64,000 nt of DNA from Spirochaetia bacterium (GCA_965225855.1 CBDDCK010000001.1:32001-96000); one strand, 5' to 3'; positions 10,182 to 22,030 are shown, counted from the stretch's first letter. Notes: generated from the letters alone by a model not told the origin. Translations and numbers: made by a program.

Positions 10182-13100
10182 CTAAGCTTCCTGCAAAACC
10201 GGCAAACGCTGTTTAGCAGCCAATTGTTCTAATACCTGCTTATATTCAAACGGAATCACACGGACGAACTGCTGCTTGGTTTCGTCCCAATTAGCTAAAA
10301 TTTGCTGGGCCACAAGGCTGCCGGTATAGTGGCAATGCTGCTGCAATTGTTGTTTTAGCCAGTGCTGTTCGCTGATATGCTCGGCTAGGCTACCCAGCTC
10401 CACTTGCTGTTTGTTACAGCGCTGGCTAAAGATAGCATCTTTATCCCAAATATAGGCAATTCCACCGCTCATGCCAGCAGCAAAGTTTAGCCCAGTCGGC
10501 CCGAGAACAATAATGCGCCCTCCCGTCATATATTCGCAGCCATGGGCTCCCAACCCTTCTACGATAGCCGTGGCACCACTATTTCGTACGGCAAAGCGTT
10601 CCCCGGCTTGGCCTGCTATATAAGCACTACCTGCAGTCGCACCAAAAAGACAGACATTACCAACGATCAAGCCTCGTTCCTGTGGGTTTAAGTTATCGGC
10701 CGTACCAAGCTTCTGGTTACCTTCTTGACGATTCAATAATAAGGGGCTAACTAATTGCCTGAATGGGTATAAGACTAAACGGCCACCAGAGAGCCCCTTG
10801 CCAAAGTAATCGTTGCTTTCACCCTCTAATTCTAGTTGTAAACCGTGGGCCACAAAGGCCCCAAATGACTGCCCAGCACTGCCTGTAAACTTCAAGTGAA
10901 TGCTTTTATCCGGCAACCCAGCCAAACCGTGGTGTTTACTTATATAGTAGCTAATGGTTGTTCCTACCGTACGATGGGAGTTTTCAATTGGGCTTTCATG
11001 GTAAAAAGACCCATCTTTTTCAAAGCTATTACCAAGGGCTTCCTTACACAGGCGCAGTAGTTCTGGCTCCATGGTATAAGGGTCGCTTAAATCTGGCCCA
11101 CGCAAAGCACGGCGTGGTAAATCCCTATCAGCTTCGCTACAGACACTTTCTAACAGCATTTTCAATTCAATATCATTATCGCGCAAAATAGGATTATCGC
11201 CGTCTGGCTCTAGTAAATCTGCATGACCTATCAAATCGTCCAAACAATCATAGCCCAATTCGGCCATCAATTCGCGCAGCTCTTCAGCGATAAAACGCAT
11301 CATATTTTCGACATGGTCGGGCAAACCAGTAAAGCGTTCACGGCAACGTTTATCTTGCGTGGCAACGCCCACCGGACAACTGTTGGTATGGCATTTGCGC
11401 ATCATAATGCAGCCTAAGGCTACCAAACACGAAGTGCCAAAACCAAATTCTTCGGCCCCCAACAACGCCGCAACCAAAACATCGCGTCCAGTTTTCAATT
11501 GCCCATCGCACTGGATACGCACTCGGTCACGCAGGTGGTTGCGCCGCAAACTTTGCTGTGTTTCGGCCAAACCAAGTTCCCAATAACTACCAGCGTGCAT
11601 CAAGGAAGATAGAGGCGAAGCTCCAGTACCTCCATCATGCCCAGAAATTAAAATGCTGTTGGCCTTGCCTTTGGCTACCCCTGTAGCAACCGTTCCAACA
11701 CCGCTTTTGGCCACCAATTTAACCGATACTTCTGCATTGGGGTTGGCACTGCGTAAGTCATAAATTAGCTGGGCTAAATCCTCAATCGAATAAATATCGT
11801 GGTGGGGAGGAGGCGATATTAAAGTAACCCCGGGAGTGGAATTGCGCACCCGCGCAATTTCGGTATCGACTTTTTGGCCCGGCAACTGCCCGCCTTCACC
11901 GGGCTTGGCACCTTGCGCTATTTTAATTTGCAGCTCATCTGCATTGGCTAGATAGTGACTATTCACCCCAAAACGCCCCGAGGCAATTTGCTTGATGCGA
12001 CTGCGCCGGTCATCACCATTGGGTAAAAGCTGGTAACGCACTGGATCTTCTCCACCTTCACCAGAATTACTGCGAGCACCAATGCGATTCATGGCAATGG
12101 CAATGGCTTCATGGGCTTCTTTGCTCAATGAACCATAAGACATGGCCCCCGAGACAAATCGGCGCAAAATAGTTGAGACACTTTCAACTTGTTCAAGAGC
12201 GATCGCAGAGCGATCGCTGCGGATACCGAGCATACCTCGTACAGTACCGAATTTACTGGCTTGATTCACTTCTTCACTGTATTTACGAAAAACACGGTAG
12301 TCGTTACGGCGTACGGCTTGTTGCAAGTACACTACAGACATTGGAGTCAGTAGTTGGCTTTCATTTTCTTTGCCAAGGCTTTCGTTGCTATTATCTAGCT
12401 GGGCTTGATATAATTTTAAATTGCGGCGCAACCGTTGACTACCGTCAAATCGAAGATTTGCTCCCGCAATATTTTGAGTTTGCTCTGCAATGTTCCAAGC
12501 AGAACGATGGCGCAGTTCCAGTTCCTGCTCAATTTGTGCAAAACCTTTGCCTTGCAGCGGGCTGGGTGTATGGGGAAAACACAATTCCACAATTTCGGGC
12601 CCAAGCCCCAAAATTTCATAGAGCTGGCCATTTTGATAGCTTTGCATGGTTGACACGCCCATTTTTGACATTACTTTGAGTAAACCTTTTTTGCTTGCTT
12701 CTACATAATTTTGTATCGCTTGTTCTAGCGTTTGCTCTGGTAATAGCTGGCGGCGTTTCAGCTCGGCCAAAGCCCGATACGCAAGATACGGCACAATAAA
12801 ATTAGCCCCGTAAGCCATAAGTGTTGCCAAGTGATGGACGCTAAAAGGCTCCCCACTTTCAATCCCCAAAGATACTTGATGGCGCAGTTGACATTTTACC
12901 AAGCGTTGCTGTATCGCTCCCAAAGCCAATAAAACAGGTATGGCCATTTTTTGTGCATTGGTTGCTAAGTCGGTTAGCAACAAAATGCTAGATGAATTAT
13001 TTTCTGCTGAGCTACGAGCTTGTTCTTCTGCTTGATCGGCAATGCGATGTAGGGCTTTTTTTAGGAATGTACCTTTATTTATTTCGGTTAAATCAAACAA

Positions 13101-14942
13101 AAGAGAAATACGCCGAATAGTAAATAAAGGTTGCTCTTTGCTGTAGTCTTCTAGCCGTTGTAAATCGTTTGGTAAAAAAATAGGATGTTCAAGTTCTAGT
13201 AGCCTACTGTGCTGCGCATCTTCACAGAGCAAATTGGCTTGTGGCCCCAGATAGCCACGCAAAGACATCACAGCAGTTTCACGGTAGGGGTCAATCGGCG
13301 GGTTGGTTACTTGGGCAAATATCTGGCGAAAATAATGGCTCAAAGGTTGGCCAAGCTGTAAGCCATTGTTGCGCACTAAACCGATAAGAGCCAGCGGGCT
13401 AGCCATTGAACCAGTGGGTTCTGTTGCGCCTTCGGCCATTGGTGCTAAAATATCGCAAAGGGCTTCATAGCTGTAGCAAAAATTGTGCAGCTCACAAGCT
13501 AGCTGCTGTTGAGCCATTTTATCTGGAGCAATTAAAGCGGCAATTGCATTGGAGTTTTGCTGGCTTTTTTTTTGCAAGCCTACTATTTTTTGGGGCAGCC
13601 ATTGAGCATAAGGTTTTTGAGTAGCTAGTTTTTGTTTTAATTTCCGATCAAAATCCAAGATACCATGCTCTAAATCGAGCGAAAGTATTTTTCCAGGGGA
13701 AAGTTTTCCTTGCTGTGCAATATTTTCTGGAGCTAAATTTAACAAGCCAGCCTCGGAGCCCAAGATCAAACGACCATCTTGAGTAATGGTAAACCGTGCG
13801 GGGCGCAGGCCATTGCGGTCTAAAATAGCGGTAATCTCGTGGCCCGTTGTAGCAATAATAGCTGCTGGTCCATCCCAAGGCTCCATGAGCATCGATTGAT
13901 AGTGATAATAATCCCTAACATTAGGCGGTAGGTCGGTTCCATTTCCAAAAGGCTCCGGTATCATCATGCTAAGAGCATGTGGTAAACTACGCCCATTATG
14001 TATTAAAGCTTCCAGAGCACCATCAAAACTAGCAGAGTCTGAACCATCTGGATACAGTATCGGGGTTATTTCTTGAATCTGCTTGCCAAATATCGGACTA
14101 TCAAAATTACTTTCACGAATGGTAAACGAATGGCGATTATGCTCTATGGTATTGATTTCTCCATTGTGGGCCAGATTGCGAAATGGGTGGGCTAAATACC
14201 ATTGAGGCAAAGTATTAGTACTGTAACGCTGGTGAACTAGAGCATATGCAGAATGCAGTTTTGGGTTTTGCAAGTCAGGGTAAAAAGCCGCCAATTGCGG
14301 CGAAGTGAACATACCTTTATAAACAATTAGGCTAGAAGAAAAACTACAAAAATAAAAATCTTCAAGTGCATAGCGATGCTTTTGTGCTGCCAATTCCATT
14401 TTGCGGCGCAGGAAATAAATTTTGGCATCGCGCATGCGCCAATCTTTTATAGGCGCAAAACGAACGACAAGCTGGTAAATAGCTGGCATAGCACTGCGTG
14501 CTATATCTCCAACAACCATTGCAACAATAGGAACTTGACGCCAGCCAACAATTTCCAAACCTTCAAGCTGCCTATCTTCAGTTATGCAAGTTTCGATCAA
14601 TTTCTGCAATTCAGCTTGGCATTCTGGCGCGAAAAATACCATGCCAATAGCATAACTTCCAAGAGTTTCGCCTGCCAACTGAGGGAAAATCTCACAAGCA
14701 AAATCGTGATGCAATTGCAAAGAAATACCAGCCCCATCTCCTGTGCTACCATCTCCACCAATCGCCCCTCGATGTTCTAACCGGCATAAAATTTTCAAAC
14801 CTTGTTGTACTATATCATGGTTAGGCGTTCCATCAATTCGGGCAACTAAACCGACTCCGCAAGCATCGTGTTCATAACGGCGGCGGTATAGACCTTTCTC
14901 AGAAAAAAATTTTCGGTTGGGATTTATTGTTGAACGGGACAC
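10182..14942 (-). CDS. gltB: Glutamate synthase large subunit
   Basis: EHDACGVG, HQRYSTNT, EPWDGPA, IKQIASGRFGV, QGAKPGEGGQLPG, CIMMRKCHTNSCPVG. Likely GTG start at 14942 after GGAGGA. Confidence 0.96.
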   Translation of the reverse strand: MSRSTINPNRKFFSEKGLYRRRYEHDACGVGLVARIDGTPNHDIVQQGLKILCRLEHRGAIGGDGSTGDGAGISLQLHHDFACEIFPQLAGETLGSYAIGMVFFAPECQAELQKLIETCITEDRQLEGLEIVGWRQVPIVAMVVGDIARSAMPAIYQLVVRFAPIKDWRMRDAKIYFLRRKMELAAQKHRYALEDFYFCSFSSSLIVYKGMFTSPQLAAFYPDLQNPKLHSAYALVHQRYSTNTLPQWYLAHPFRNLAHNGEINTIEHNRHSFTIRESNFDSPIFGKQIQEITPILYPDGSDSASFDGALEALIHNGRSLPHALSMMIPEPFGNGTDLPPNVRDYYHYQSMLMEPWDGPAAIIATTGHEITAILDRNGLRPARFTITQDGRLILGSEAGLLNLAPENIAQQGKLSPGKILSLDLEHGILDFDRKLKQKLATQKPYAQWLPQKIVGLQKKSQQNSNAIAALIAPDKMAQQQLACELHNFCYSYEALCDILAPMAEGATEPTGSMASPLALIGLVRNNGLQLGQPLSHYFRQIFAQVTNPPIDPYRETAVMSLRGYLGPQANLLCEDAQHSRLLELEHPIFLPNDLQRLEDYSKEQPLFTIRRISLLFDLTEINKGTFLKKALHRIADQAEEQARSSAENNSSSILLLTDLATNAQKMAIPVLLALGAIQQRLVKCQLRHQVSLGIESGEPFSVHHLATLMAYGANFIVPYLAYRALAELKRRQLLPEQTLEQAIQNYVEASKKGLLKVMSKMGVSTMQSYQNGQLYEILGLGPEIVELCFPHTPSPLQGKGFAQIEQELELRHRSAWNIAEQTQNIAGANLRFDGSQRLRRNLKLYQAQLDNSNESLGKENESQLLTPMSVVYLQQAVRRNDYRVFRKYSEEVNQASKFGTVRGMLGIRSDRSAIALEQVESVSTILRRFVSGAMSYGSLSKEAHEAIAIAMNRIGARSNSGEGGEDPVRYQLLPNGDDRRSRIKQIASGRFGVNSHYLANADELQIKIAQGAKPGEGGQLPGQKVDTEIARVRNSTPGVTLISPPPHHDIYSIEDLAQLIYDLRSANPNAEVSVKLVAKSGVGTVATGVAKGKANSILISGHDGGTGASPLSSLMHAGSYWELGLAETQQSLRRNHLRDRVRIQCDGQLKTGRDVLVAALLGAEEFGFGTSCLVALGCIMMRKCHTNSCPVGVATQDKRCRERFTGLPDHVENMMRFIAEELRELMAELGYDCLDDLIGHADLLEPDGDNPILRDNDIELKMLLESVCSEADRDLPRRALRGPDLSDPYTMEPELLRLCKEALGNSFEKDGSFYHESPIENSHRTVGTTISYYISKHHGLAGLPDKSIHLKFTGSAGQSFGAFVAHGLQLELEGESNDYFGKGLSGGRLVLYPFRQLVSPLLLNRQEGNQKLGTADNLNPQERGLIVGNVCLFGATAGSAYIAGQAGERFAVRNSGATAIVEGLGAHGCEYMTGGRIIVLGPTGLNFAAGMSGGIAYIWDKDAIFSQRCNKQQVELGSLAEHISEQHWLKQQLQQHCHYTGSLVAQQILANWDETKQQFVRVIPFEYKQVLEQLAAKQRLPVLQEA

Positions 14943-15261
14943 AATATCCTCCAATATTTGATAATAATATTCACTATAGAAATAAGACAACCGAGCAAAA
15001 GTATAGCGAAATATTTAGTTTGGGCCTATAGCTTTTAGTCTTTCATTGTTTTGTTTAGCTCCACCAAGCGACTATCAAGCAACTTATCAAGGCTAGCTAG
15101 GAATTATCAAAAATGGCTGGCCTAAAAGCAAACATAATATAATAGTTCTACCCAATTCTGCTAAGTTTCTTATTATTATAATGAACAACCATATTTATAC
15201 AGTTACTGGCCTGAAACTAAGCCAAGCCCGACGTTCTATCTGGAAAATGAAAGAGAAGCCT

Positions 15262-15830
15262 ATGCAATATTATCTTTGTAAATTCTTTGCTGCACTGAAT
15301 TTTTACCGAAGCAAATGGTCATATGCCCTCTCCTTAGGGTTTGGCTTTATGCTAGGCATAATCCCTAGTGGAAATATTCCATTGCTCTGGCTATTCCTAG
15401 TACTAGCCTGTACAATCCCTATGAACCATTTAACCATGTTTTCCATACAGCTATTGGTTCATTTTTTAAAAAACAATGCTGCTGCCTTTTCAATTGAGCT
15501 TAGGCATTTGGATGCTGGAAAGCCCATTATTATATAACATGTTTCGTTTACTAGATAACATACCCATAATCCATTGGTTCAATATCTCGCGTGCCGAAAC
15601 CCTCGGAGCCCTTATGCTTGGGGATGGGCATTGGCGCTTTGCTCACCCTGCTCTATGCTATATTATTCCACCTATTGCGGTTTGCCAAATACTTACTATT
15701 GCAAATACGTTGGCAAAGCCTATACCAAAAAATCACCAACATTGTGGAAACCCATTTCCCCCAAGTTTTACGTATATCCCGAAGCCTCAAAAATATGGAA
15801 ATGGCGGCAAGGCTATATTCAAGGAACTGA
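15262..15830 (+). pseudogene. Membrane protein (TIGR03546/DUF2062-like) broken by two frameshifts
   Basis: Three overlapping ORFs (15181, 15476, 15591) join into one hydrophobic protein (ALSLGFGFMLGIIPSGN..LGIWMLESPLL..NIPIIHWFNI..LGALMLG) with +1 shifts near TTTTTTAAAAAAC (~15462-15474) and GGGG (~15620). Family recognised from memory only. Confidence 0.5.
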
Positions 15831-16796
15831 AGCTTTAAAGTTAGCTGAAATTGTCCAAGAACAACGCAAACAACAGCCAGACTTTTATTAAAGTCTCAAG
15901 CCACATATTAGAAGGATTATGAAAGATATTCTAAACAAAATCTGGAACCACAAAGCCAAATTAAAACGTTTAAGAAATACAGCGCAAAGATTTTACGTGG
16001 CCTACGCCAAGGAGTCAATACCAGAGAACTGGAAGAGCAATACCTCTGCTATTTAGATGCGGAAGGCCAACGCGGAGAATTGTCCTCCTTGATGATGCCA
16101 GAAGGCCAATTCGTACTGTGCCAATCACTGCTTGAGCTCTTGAGAATTATCCGGCACAATAAGCAGCAAAAACGTCAAATACTATTTTCAGTTTTGAGTC
16201 TTAGCATCGCTTCAATGACTTATCATATTCACCTTGTTGAAAAGTCCATTGTCTGCCCAATTTATAGAAAATAGATTAGAAAAAAATATTAGTTGCTTTT
16301 GTAAATATTCATTCACCTACCCTACATTGGAACCGCACAATTCATTTTAAATGAAGAATTTCCTCAAGAATTGAAAGACATGAAAATTAGCAGCAATATC
16401 GCATATATTTTGAGTTCTACATTGGAATTGGAAGGCCAAGAAACAGGTTTTCAAAAAGCTATTTTATTATTAAAAAATCGTTTAAACGCAGACCTAAGCA
16501 CAATGACTCAACCACTGCAATCAGAAATTACCAAGCTCGATAATTATCGAACACAGTTTCAACAACAGATTTACTCATTGAAATAGACAACACAACCAAG
16601 TCAGCCGGATTATCAGCGATATTCAATATAAAATAGAACAACTGAAAAAACGCCAATAATTATTGGATAACAATAATTCACTAAATAACAACGGTTTCTA
16701 ACCTAATTCTTCTGGGATTATGGCAAACAAAACCAAACTTCTTAAAAAATCACAGGAAATAATCAAGTAAAATAACCCCTACTCTTTCCTGATTTT

Positions 16797-17072
16797 TTAC
16801 AAATCCAAGCTATTTCTACGACTGAAATCAAAAATACGATGAACGTACCATTTTTCTTCTGCATAGCGGTATAATCTACGATACAGAGTAATAGATATGA
16901 AAACACCCAACAATAACCCAAAAAAATAAGCAAAACCCAGTGATACAACCTGAATTTTGGCAAATACAAACTCACTTAGTACGATACAGCTAAGAATAAC
17001 TAAAATTAAAATAGCAATATTTACTGTAATAAAACTCACTAAAAAGAATAAGTATTTTATTTTCCTGTTCAT
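16797..17072 (-). CDS. Small hypothetical membrane protein
   Basis: 91 aa, two hydrophobic segments, GGAGG-like RBS, directly downstream of lspA. Confidence 0.6.
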   Translation of the reverse strand: MNRKIKYLFFLVSFITVNIAILILVILSCIVLSEFVFAKIQVVSLGFAYFFGLLLGVFISITLYRRLYRYAEEKWYVHRIFDFSRRNSLDL

Positions 17073-17123
17073 TTCCCCCTCCCAGCAGAAAAATAAAACT
17101 ATATTACAATCTCCTTTCCAGCA

Positions 17124-17741
17124 TCATAAATCAATGATGTTATTTGTTTTTTGCCCAACATGGTGCAAAAGAAAATCTCTTTCTTCTTTTGATATAAAGA
17201 ATAAAGTATAAATAACTAAAATAGTCATGCCAACCAGAACAGAAGCATCGGCTACATTATATGTGGGCCAGCGATATAAACGGTACTGTAAAAAACCCCA
17301 ATCAATATTTATATCCCAAAAATCAGTATCGACAAAATCAACCACACCTTCAGGCCGAAATATGCGATCGATCATATTGCCAATTCCCCCACCGACAATC
17401 AGAGCTAGACAGCTGCGCTGGATTTTATGTAAATATTTATCTACTAATATGATATAGCTTATGTAAGCTAAAATTATCAATGGCAGAAATTTGAATAATA
17501 CTACTTTTAGACTGGCAGAAAGACCGCTGCCAATACTAAACGCAATGGCGGTATTGCGCACATGGATAATATTTAAATAGCCATTCCACATGGAAAAATG
17601 CGGATTATGAAAATCATTTAACGCTACATTCGCAACAATGTATAATTTACTCAATTGATCGAAGACAATCACCCCGAATGTCCAAAGAAATACAAAATAA
17701 TGGTACTTTGCTGCAGTTGAATCCCTTTTTACTTTATTCAT
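17124..17741 (-). CDS. lspA: Lipoprotein signal peptidase II
   Basis: DQLSK, RNTAIAFS, GGGIGNMIDR, GVVDF, PTYNVADA. Confidence 0.93.
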   Translation of the reverse strand: MNKVKRDSTAAKYHYFVFLWTFGVIVFDQLSKLYIVANVALNDFHNPHFSMWNGYLNIIHVRNTAIAFSIGSGLSASLKVVLFKFLPLIILAYISYIILVDKYLHKIQRSCLALIVGGGIGNMIDRIFRPEGVVDFVDTDFWDINIDWGFLQYRLYRWPTYNVADASVLVGMTILVIYTLFFISKEERDFLLHHVGQKTNNIIDL

Positions 17742-17759
17742 GAAAAATAATCCTTTTGA

Positions 17760-18602
17760 TTATAATCCTGTAGGTAGATCAATAAAATGGGTGTTGAGTG
17801 AAGGCCATTGTTGCTTTAGCATTTTCAACAAGCGCATCACGCCCCCTACTTCACTTTGATAATGCCCTATTGCCAGTACATCGATGCCCAAATCTTTGGC
17901 GGTGTGATAGTATTGGTGGATAAATTCACCCGTGAGCAACAAATCACAACCATAGGCCGCTGCTTCTTCCAAAGCAAACGCACCTGCACCTGAAACAATA
18001 GCCACAGTCCTGATACCACAAGATTTTACTTTGCGCGAAAATTCCAAGCGCAGGGCATTCGGTGCAATATCGAGAATATGGCAAATATTGTCCATTGTTT
18101 GAGGAGTGCGAAATTCCCCAGCACAGCCAATAAAATGCCCTTTGTAAGCCCCAAAATTCTGAATATTTTGAAACCCTAAAGGCTCCAAAGATTCAGCCAA
18201 ATCAATATTATTACCGTACTGCATATGCGCATCTAACGGCAAATGCACTGCGTAAAGCGCTAATTGTTTTTGCTGTAGAAAGAACAAACGTTGATATAAC
18301 GGGCCTGTTACCGCGCCAATTGGGCCCCAAAAAATCCCGTGATGAACGATTAACAAATTTGCCGATAAATCAGCCGCACGTTCAAAACTTTCCAAAGATG
18401 CATCTACTGCTGCAACGACAGTCTGCAACTGAAATTGTTCATTTTGAGTATTGCCAACTTGTAGTCCATTTAAAGCTGAATCCTGGCCCTGAAATTCATG
18501 GCACCGCAGCTGCGTATCTAAATGCCCGACCACGTCCGCCAAAATCGGGTAAACTGGGCTTATATCTCCTGCCATATCCCCCTCTAAATGCTTATAAAAC
18601 AT
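17760..18602 (-). CDS. Nif3-like dinuclear metal centre hexameric protein (YbgI family)
   Basis: NGLQV, VHHGIFW, HLPLDAH..YGNN, TGE, GHYQSE. Confidence 0.9.
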   Translation of the reverse strand: MFYKHLEGDMAGDISPVYPILADVVGHLDTQLRCHEFQGQDSALNGLQVGNTQNEQFQLQTVVAAVDASLESFERAADLSANLLIVHHGIFWGPIGAVTGPLYQRLFFLQQKQLALYAVHLPLDAHMQYGNNIDLAESLEPLGFQNIQNFGAYKGHFIGCAGEFRTPQTMDNICHILDIAPNALRLEFSRKVKSCGIRTVAIVSGAGAFALEEAAAYGCDLLLTGEFIHQYYHTAKDLGIDVLAIGHYQSEVGGVMRLLKMLKQQWPSLNTHFIDLPTGL

Positions 18603-18756
18603 TGTCCATGACGGGGCCAGAGTCTAGGTAAAACGCAAATTTTGCTCAACATATTCTCATATATTTTTATATGAGAAATTAGAAAAATTCTAAAATAAGA
18701 GCCTTGGTCAACAGGTTCATATAGCCTAAATCAAGGCTTACCAATACAATCGTAGC

Positions 18757-21069
18757 ATGTTGAAAGGTTTTCACAAAGACGTACTATCGCTTTGCCCTGG
18801 TGCCGAGCTACAAATAAATTCGGTTGTGCTTTACCGCAATGAAGCTGCACTCATTACCGATATGAGTAGCGAGAAAAAACAAGTCAAATTATTGATTCAA
18901 ACTGAAAGCGGTAAAAAAGTTAGCGTACGACCCAAGGATATATATCTTCTGTCTAATAAAATAAATATACCTTTAACAGAAATAACTAAACTTTTGTGTC
19001 GCAGTGAATTGGAAGATGGCTGGCAATTACTGCTCGAAATAGGACGTCATTGCAGTTTGATGGACATAGCCGAAGCTGTATTTTCGGGTAATGGGGTGCA
19101 AGAATTATACAATGCATTCTGCTTGATCAACCAAACTCCATATTTCAAGGGGCAGCCTTTTGAAATCGTAGTACGCAGCAGTGAAGAAGTGCGCGAAGAA
19201 TTGGAGCGAAAACAACGCAAGCAGCAAGAAGAACAACAATGGCAGAGTTTTTATCGGCATTATCAAAACGGTCAATATAGCGAAGAAGACCGAGATTTTA
19301 TTACAGAAATTGAAGAGATTGCCTTTAATGAAAGGCAAACTTGCCGCTTGTTCCGCGAAATAAAATTAGAACCCACACCAGAAAATGCCCATGAATGGCT
19401 GTTGCGCCAGCAATTGTGGGACGAACGATTTAACCCATATCCACGCCGCAATGAAATAAACCTGCAACCTCCAAAATTAAAATCATTACTTTCCCCAGAA
19501 GAGCTTGCCCCATGGCAACAATTAATTTATGATTATCAAGTTGCTTTAAGCAACTTCCCCACAATTGATTTTCCCGCAGAATCGGCAGAGACTGAAAATT
19601 TACAGGCCAAGGTGTCCCCTACAATACTGCAAAAATTGCAGCAAGCCTTAGCGCGCTTTTGCGATACTCAACCCCTAAACTACCCGCCCCAACAAGATGC
19701 AAAACAGATTCAAGAACAAAGAGAACCAAAGCTTAATTTTACGATTGATAAACCTTTGCTAGAGCAAAGTCCCAATAATACTGGAAGATGGCGCAGTGAA
19801 CATCGCCGAGACTTAACTCACTTGGCAGCTTGGGCGATTGATGACCCTTGGAGCAGTGATCCCGATGATGCCATTAGCCTTGAATATGGTGAAAATGGCG
19901 CAGAAATATTATGGGTGCACATTGCAGACCCTGCGAGTCTATTGCCCTTTGGCAGCACACTAGCCAATGAAGCAATGCAACGCGGGGCTACTGTTTATTT
20001 GCCAGAAAAAACAATTCCAATGTTGTCCAAAGAACTGGTGCAAATTCTTGGGCTTGGGTTGCAAAGTGTAAGCATAGCCCTTTCGGTTCAAATGCGCATT
20101 ATTCCTGCAACTAACAATGAGCTTGAACAAACGGTAGAAATTCTCGATCTGTGTTGTTCTTGGATACAAGTACAACGCCTAAGTTATGAACAGGCCGACC
20201 ATATCCTAGATAGCGAACGCCCCCACCCTTTGCAGCAAATCAAAAAGCTATGCCAAACTCACGAACAGTTACGGAAAAATAACCGTTCCATGCAATTCAA
20301 CATGTACAATACCAAAATTGTCATTGGGGAAACTATCGCGATTGAACCTCTGCCCGATACTCCTTCTCGAAACTTAGTAGCCGAAGCCATGTTAATGACA
20401 GGGGCTGCCATGGCTTTGTTCGCCCATGAACGGCAACTTTCCATACCTTTTTTATGCCAAGCACCGCCTAAGGAAAATTTGCCTCCACTCAATTCTATGG
20501 CCAATATATTTTTAGCCCGTAAGTCCATGAACCCTAGTACGGTGCGCAGTAAAGCCAATAGCCATTCTAGCATCGGCGTGCCCATGTATACCCGCGGCAC
20601 CAGCCCTTTACGCCGTTATTTAGACCTTTTAACCCACCAACAGTTTCACGCTTTGTTTTTGGTAAATCAAAATTCAATCTCAAACTCAAACCAAGCACAG
20701 CAAATACAGTCACAACAAACAAATGAACCGGTACGATTTTTCAATAATGAAGAATTGCTATATAATATGACTCAAGCAGAATTAGCCGTTCAGCGCATCA
20801 ACCGCACTCAACGGTATTCCCAACAGCATTGGAAAATGCTATATCTCAAGCAAGAAGGCAAAAAACATTTATACAACGCTATCGTTTTAGAAATTAGAGA
20901 TTCGCAGCAAAATTCAAATTGTAAAGCTATCTGTAGCCTGCCCGAAATTGGTCTAGAAGTGATAATTTTTTCCAAAGAGCCTCTAAAATTAAACCAAGAA
21001 ATACAACTTAGTTTAAAAAGTATTCGGCTCAATTTACGCGAAGCTCATCTGCAAATAGTTAGCCAATAG
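18757..21069 (+). CDS. RNB-domain exoribonuclease (RNase II/R family)
   Basis: IDDPWSSDPDDAIS, VHIADP, RGATVYLP, TSPLRRYLDLLTHQQ. Confidence 0.88.
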   Translation: MLKGFHKDVLSLCPGAELQINSVVLYRNEAALITDMSSEKKQVKLLIQTESGKKVSVRPKDIYLLSNKINIPLTEITKLLCRSELEDGWQLLLEIGRHCSLMDIAEAVFSGNGVQELYNAFCLINQTPYFKGQPFEIVVRSSEEVREELERKQRKQQEEQQWQSFYRHYQNGQYSEEDRDFITEIEEIAFNERQTCRLFREIKLEPTPENAHEWLLRQQLWDERFNPYPRRNEINLQPPKLKSLLSPEELAPWQQLIYDYQVALSNFPTIDFPAESAETENLQAKVSPTILQKLQQALARFCDTQPLNYPPQQDAKQIQEQREPKLNFTIDKPLLEQSPNNTGRWRSEHRRDLTHLAAWAIDDPWSSDPDDAISLEYGENGAEILWVHIADPASLLPFGSTLANEAMQRGATVYLPEKTIPMLSKELVQILGLGLQSVSIALSVQMRIIPATNNELEQTVEILDLCCSWIQVQRLSYEQADHILDSERPHPLQQIKKLCQTHEQLRKNNRSMQFNMYNTKIVIGETIAIEPLPDTPSRNLVAEAMLMTGAAMALFAHERQLSIPFLCQAPPKENLPPLNSMANIFLARKSMNPSTVRSKANSHSSIGVPMYTRGTSPLRRYLDLLTHQQFHALFLVNQNSISNSNQAQQIQSQQTNEPVRFFNNEELLYNMTQAELAVQRINRTQRYSQQHWKMLYLKQEGKKHLYNAIVLEIRDSQQNSNCKAICSLPEIGLEVIIFSKEPLKLNQEIQLSLKSIRLNLREAHLQIVSQ

Positions 21070-21078
21070 CTGGTAAAA

Positions 21079-22005
21079 TTATAGCGACAGCTGAAAAAAT
21101 AAGGCAAAAACGAAATTGCCCAAATTATAATCCCATGCATAAGGTCCCTGATACGGCGAGACATTGAGCACAAATTGGGTGCTGATACCTGCCGAGAAAG
21201 TTGAATAAAAATATCGTGCCAGAGAAACTCCGGCAACTGCGCCCAAACTAAACACATCGATGCTTGGCGAATCTGCGAAATTTTCATCAATTATATATAT
21301 TTCGTGTTGCCCGAATAACAAAAATTCTTCAAAAGATTTTTGATAGATATTCATGTTAAAGGAAGGCCCAGTAAAAAATTGCAATTCCCAAACAGGAGTA
21401 ATCATATAATTTATGGTTATAACCGGTTGGAAAGCGTAAAAAATACGAAAATCTTGCTGATTATAAAAGTTATCTGTAGAAGCTTTTTGATTAAAGTACG
21501 TAAGGCTTGTTTTGCCCACACTAAACATATTGCGCAAGGTAAAACCTAATTTCCATCTATAAAATAATATAGGCCTATCATTAGGGCCAGCTCTGGAACT
21601 AGAAAAATTCGATATGGAGCCTATAAACCAAGACATTCCAAAATTTAATGTTCCACTAAAACCATAGCGCAGCGAGCTACCACTCTTATACGATGGTTGC
21701 AGCATTGCAAGATGCATTTCTGCAGAATCTATAAACCTACGGCCATTAAAACCGAGCAAAAAACCAAAGTCGCTACTGAAAATATAGCGGAAAGAACGCT
21801 GCTTTTGTTGTTTTTGTTTCTTTCTTATGGGCTTATCATTAGCTTCATCTGGAGCTATATCTGGGCCTAGTTGGTTTTGTTTTGCCAAATATATTCTTTG
21901 GGCAGCTAGCTGATGATTCCAAATAAAAAAAGCCAATAAGCTAGCCAGCCAATAAACCAACCAGACATCACCCAATACTGTGAAAATTTTCAAAAAATAT
22001 CTCAT
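21079..22005 (-). CDS. Hypothetical protein, possible outer-membrane beta-barrel
   Basis: Long ORF with an N-terminal hydrophobic segment and alternating aromatic/hydrophobic strands. Start uncertain because the longer call overlaps pmbA. Confidence 0.55.
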   Translation of the reverse strand: MRYFLKIFTVLGDVWLVYWLASLLAFFIWNHQLAAQRIYLAKQNQLGPDIAPDEANDKPIRKKQKQQKQRSFRYIFSSDFGFLLGFNGRRFIDSAEMHLAMLQPSYKSGSSLRYGFSGTLNFGMSWFIGSISNFSSSRAGPNDRPILFYRWKLGFTLRNMFSVGKTSLTYFNQKASTDNFYNQQDFRIFYAFQPVITINYMITPVWELQFFTGPSFNMNIYQKSFEEFLLFGQHEIYIIDENFADSPSIDVFSLGAVAGVSLARYFYSTFSAGISTQFVLNVSPYQGPYAWDYNLGNFVFALFFQLSL

Positions 22006-22030
22006 GCAATATTTTTTAGAACACGACCTG

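Noticed and set aside
15830..16590. Degraded partner gene (TIGR03545-like) after the membrane-protein pseudogene
   Set aside because: Only short ORF pieces and no motif I can recognise; needs blastx.
18654..18677. 10-bp inverted repeat between the divergent Nif3 and RNB genes
   Set aside because: Short and AT-rich; cannot be assigned to a regulator.
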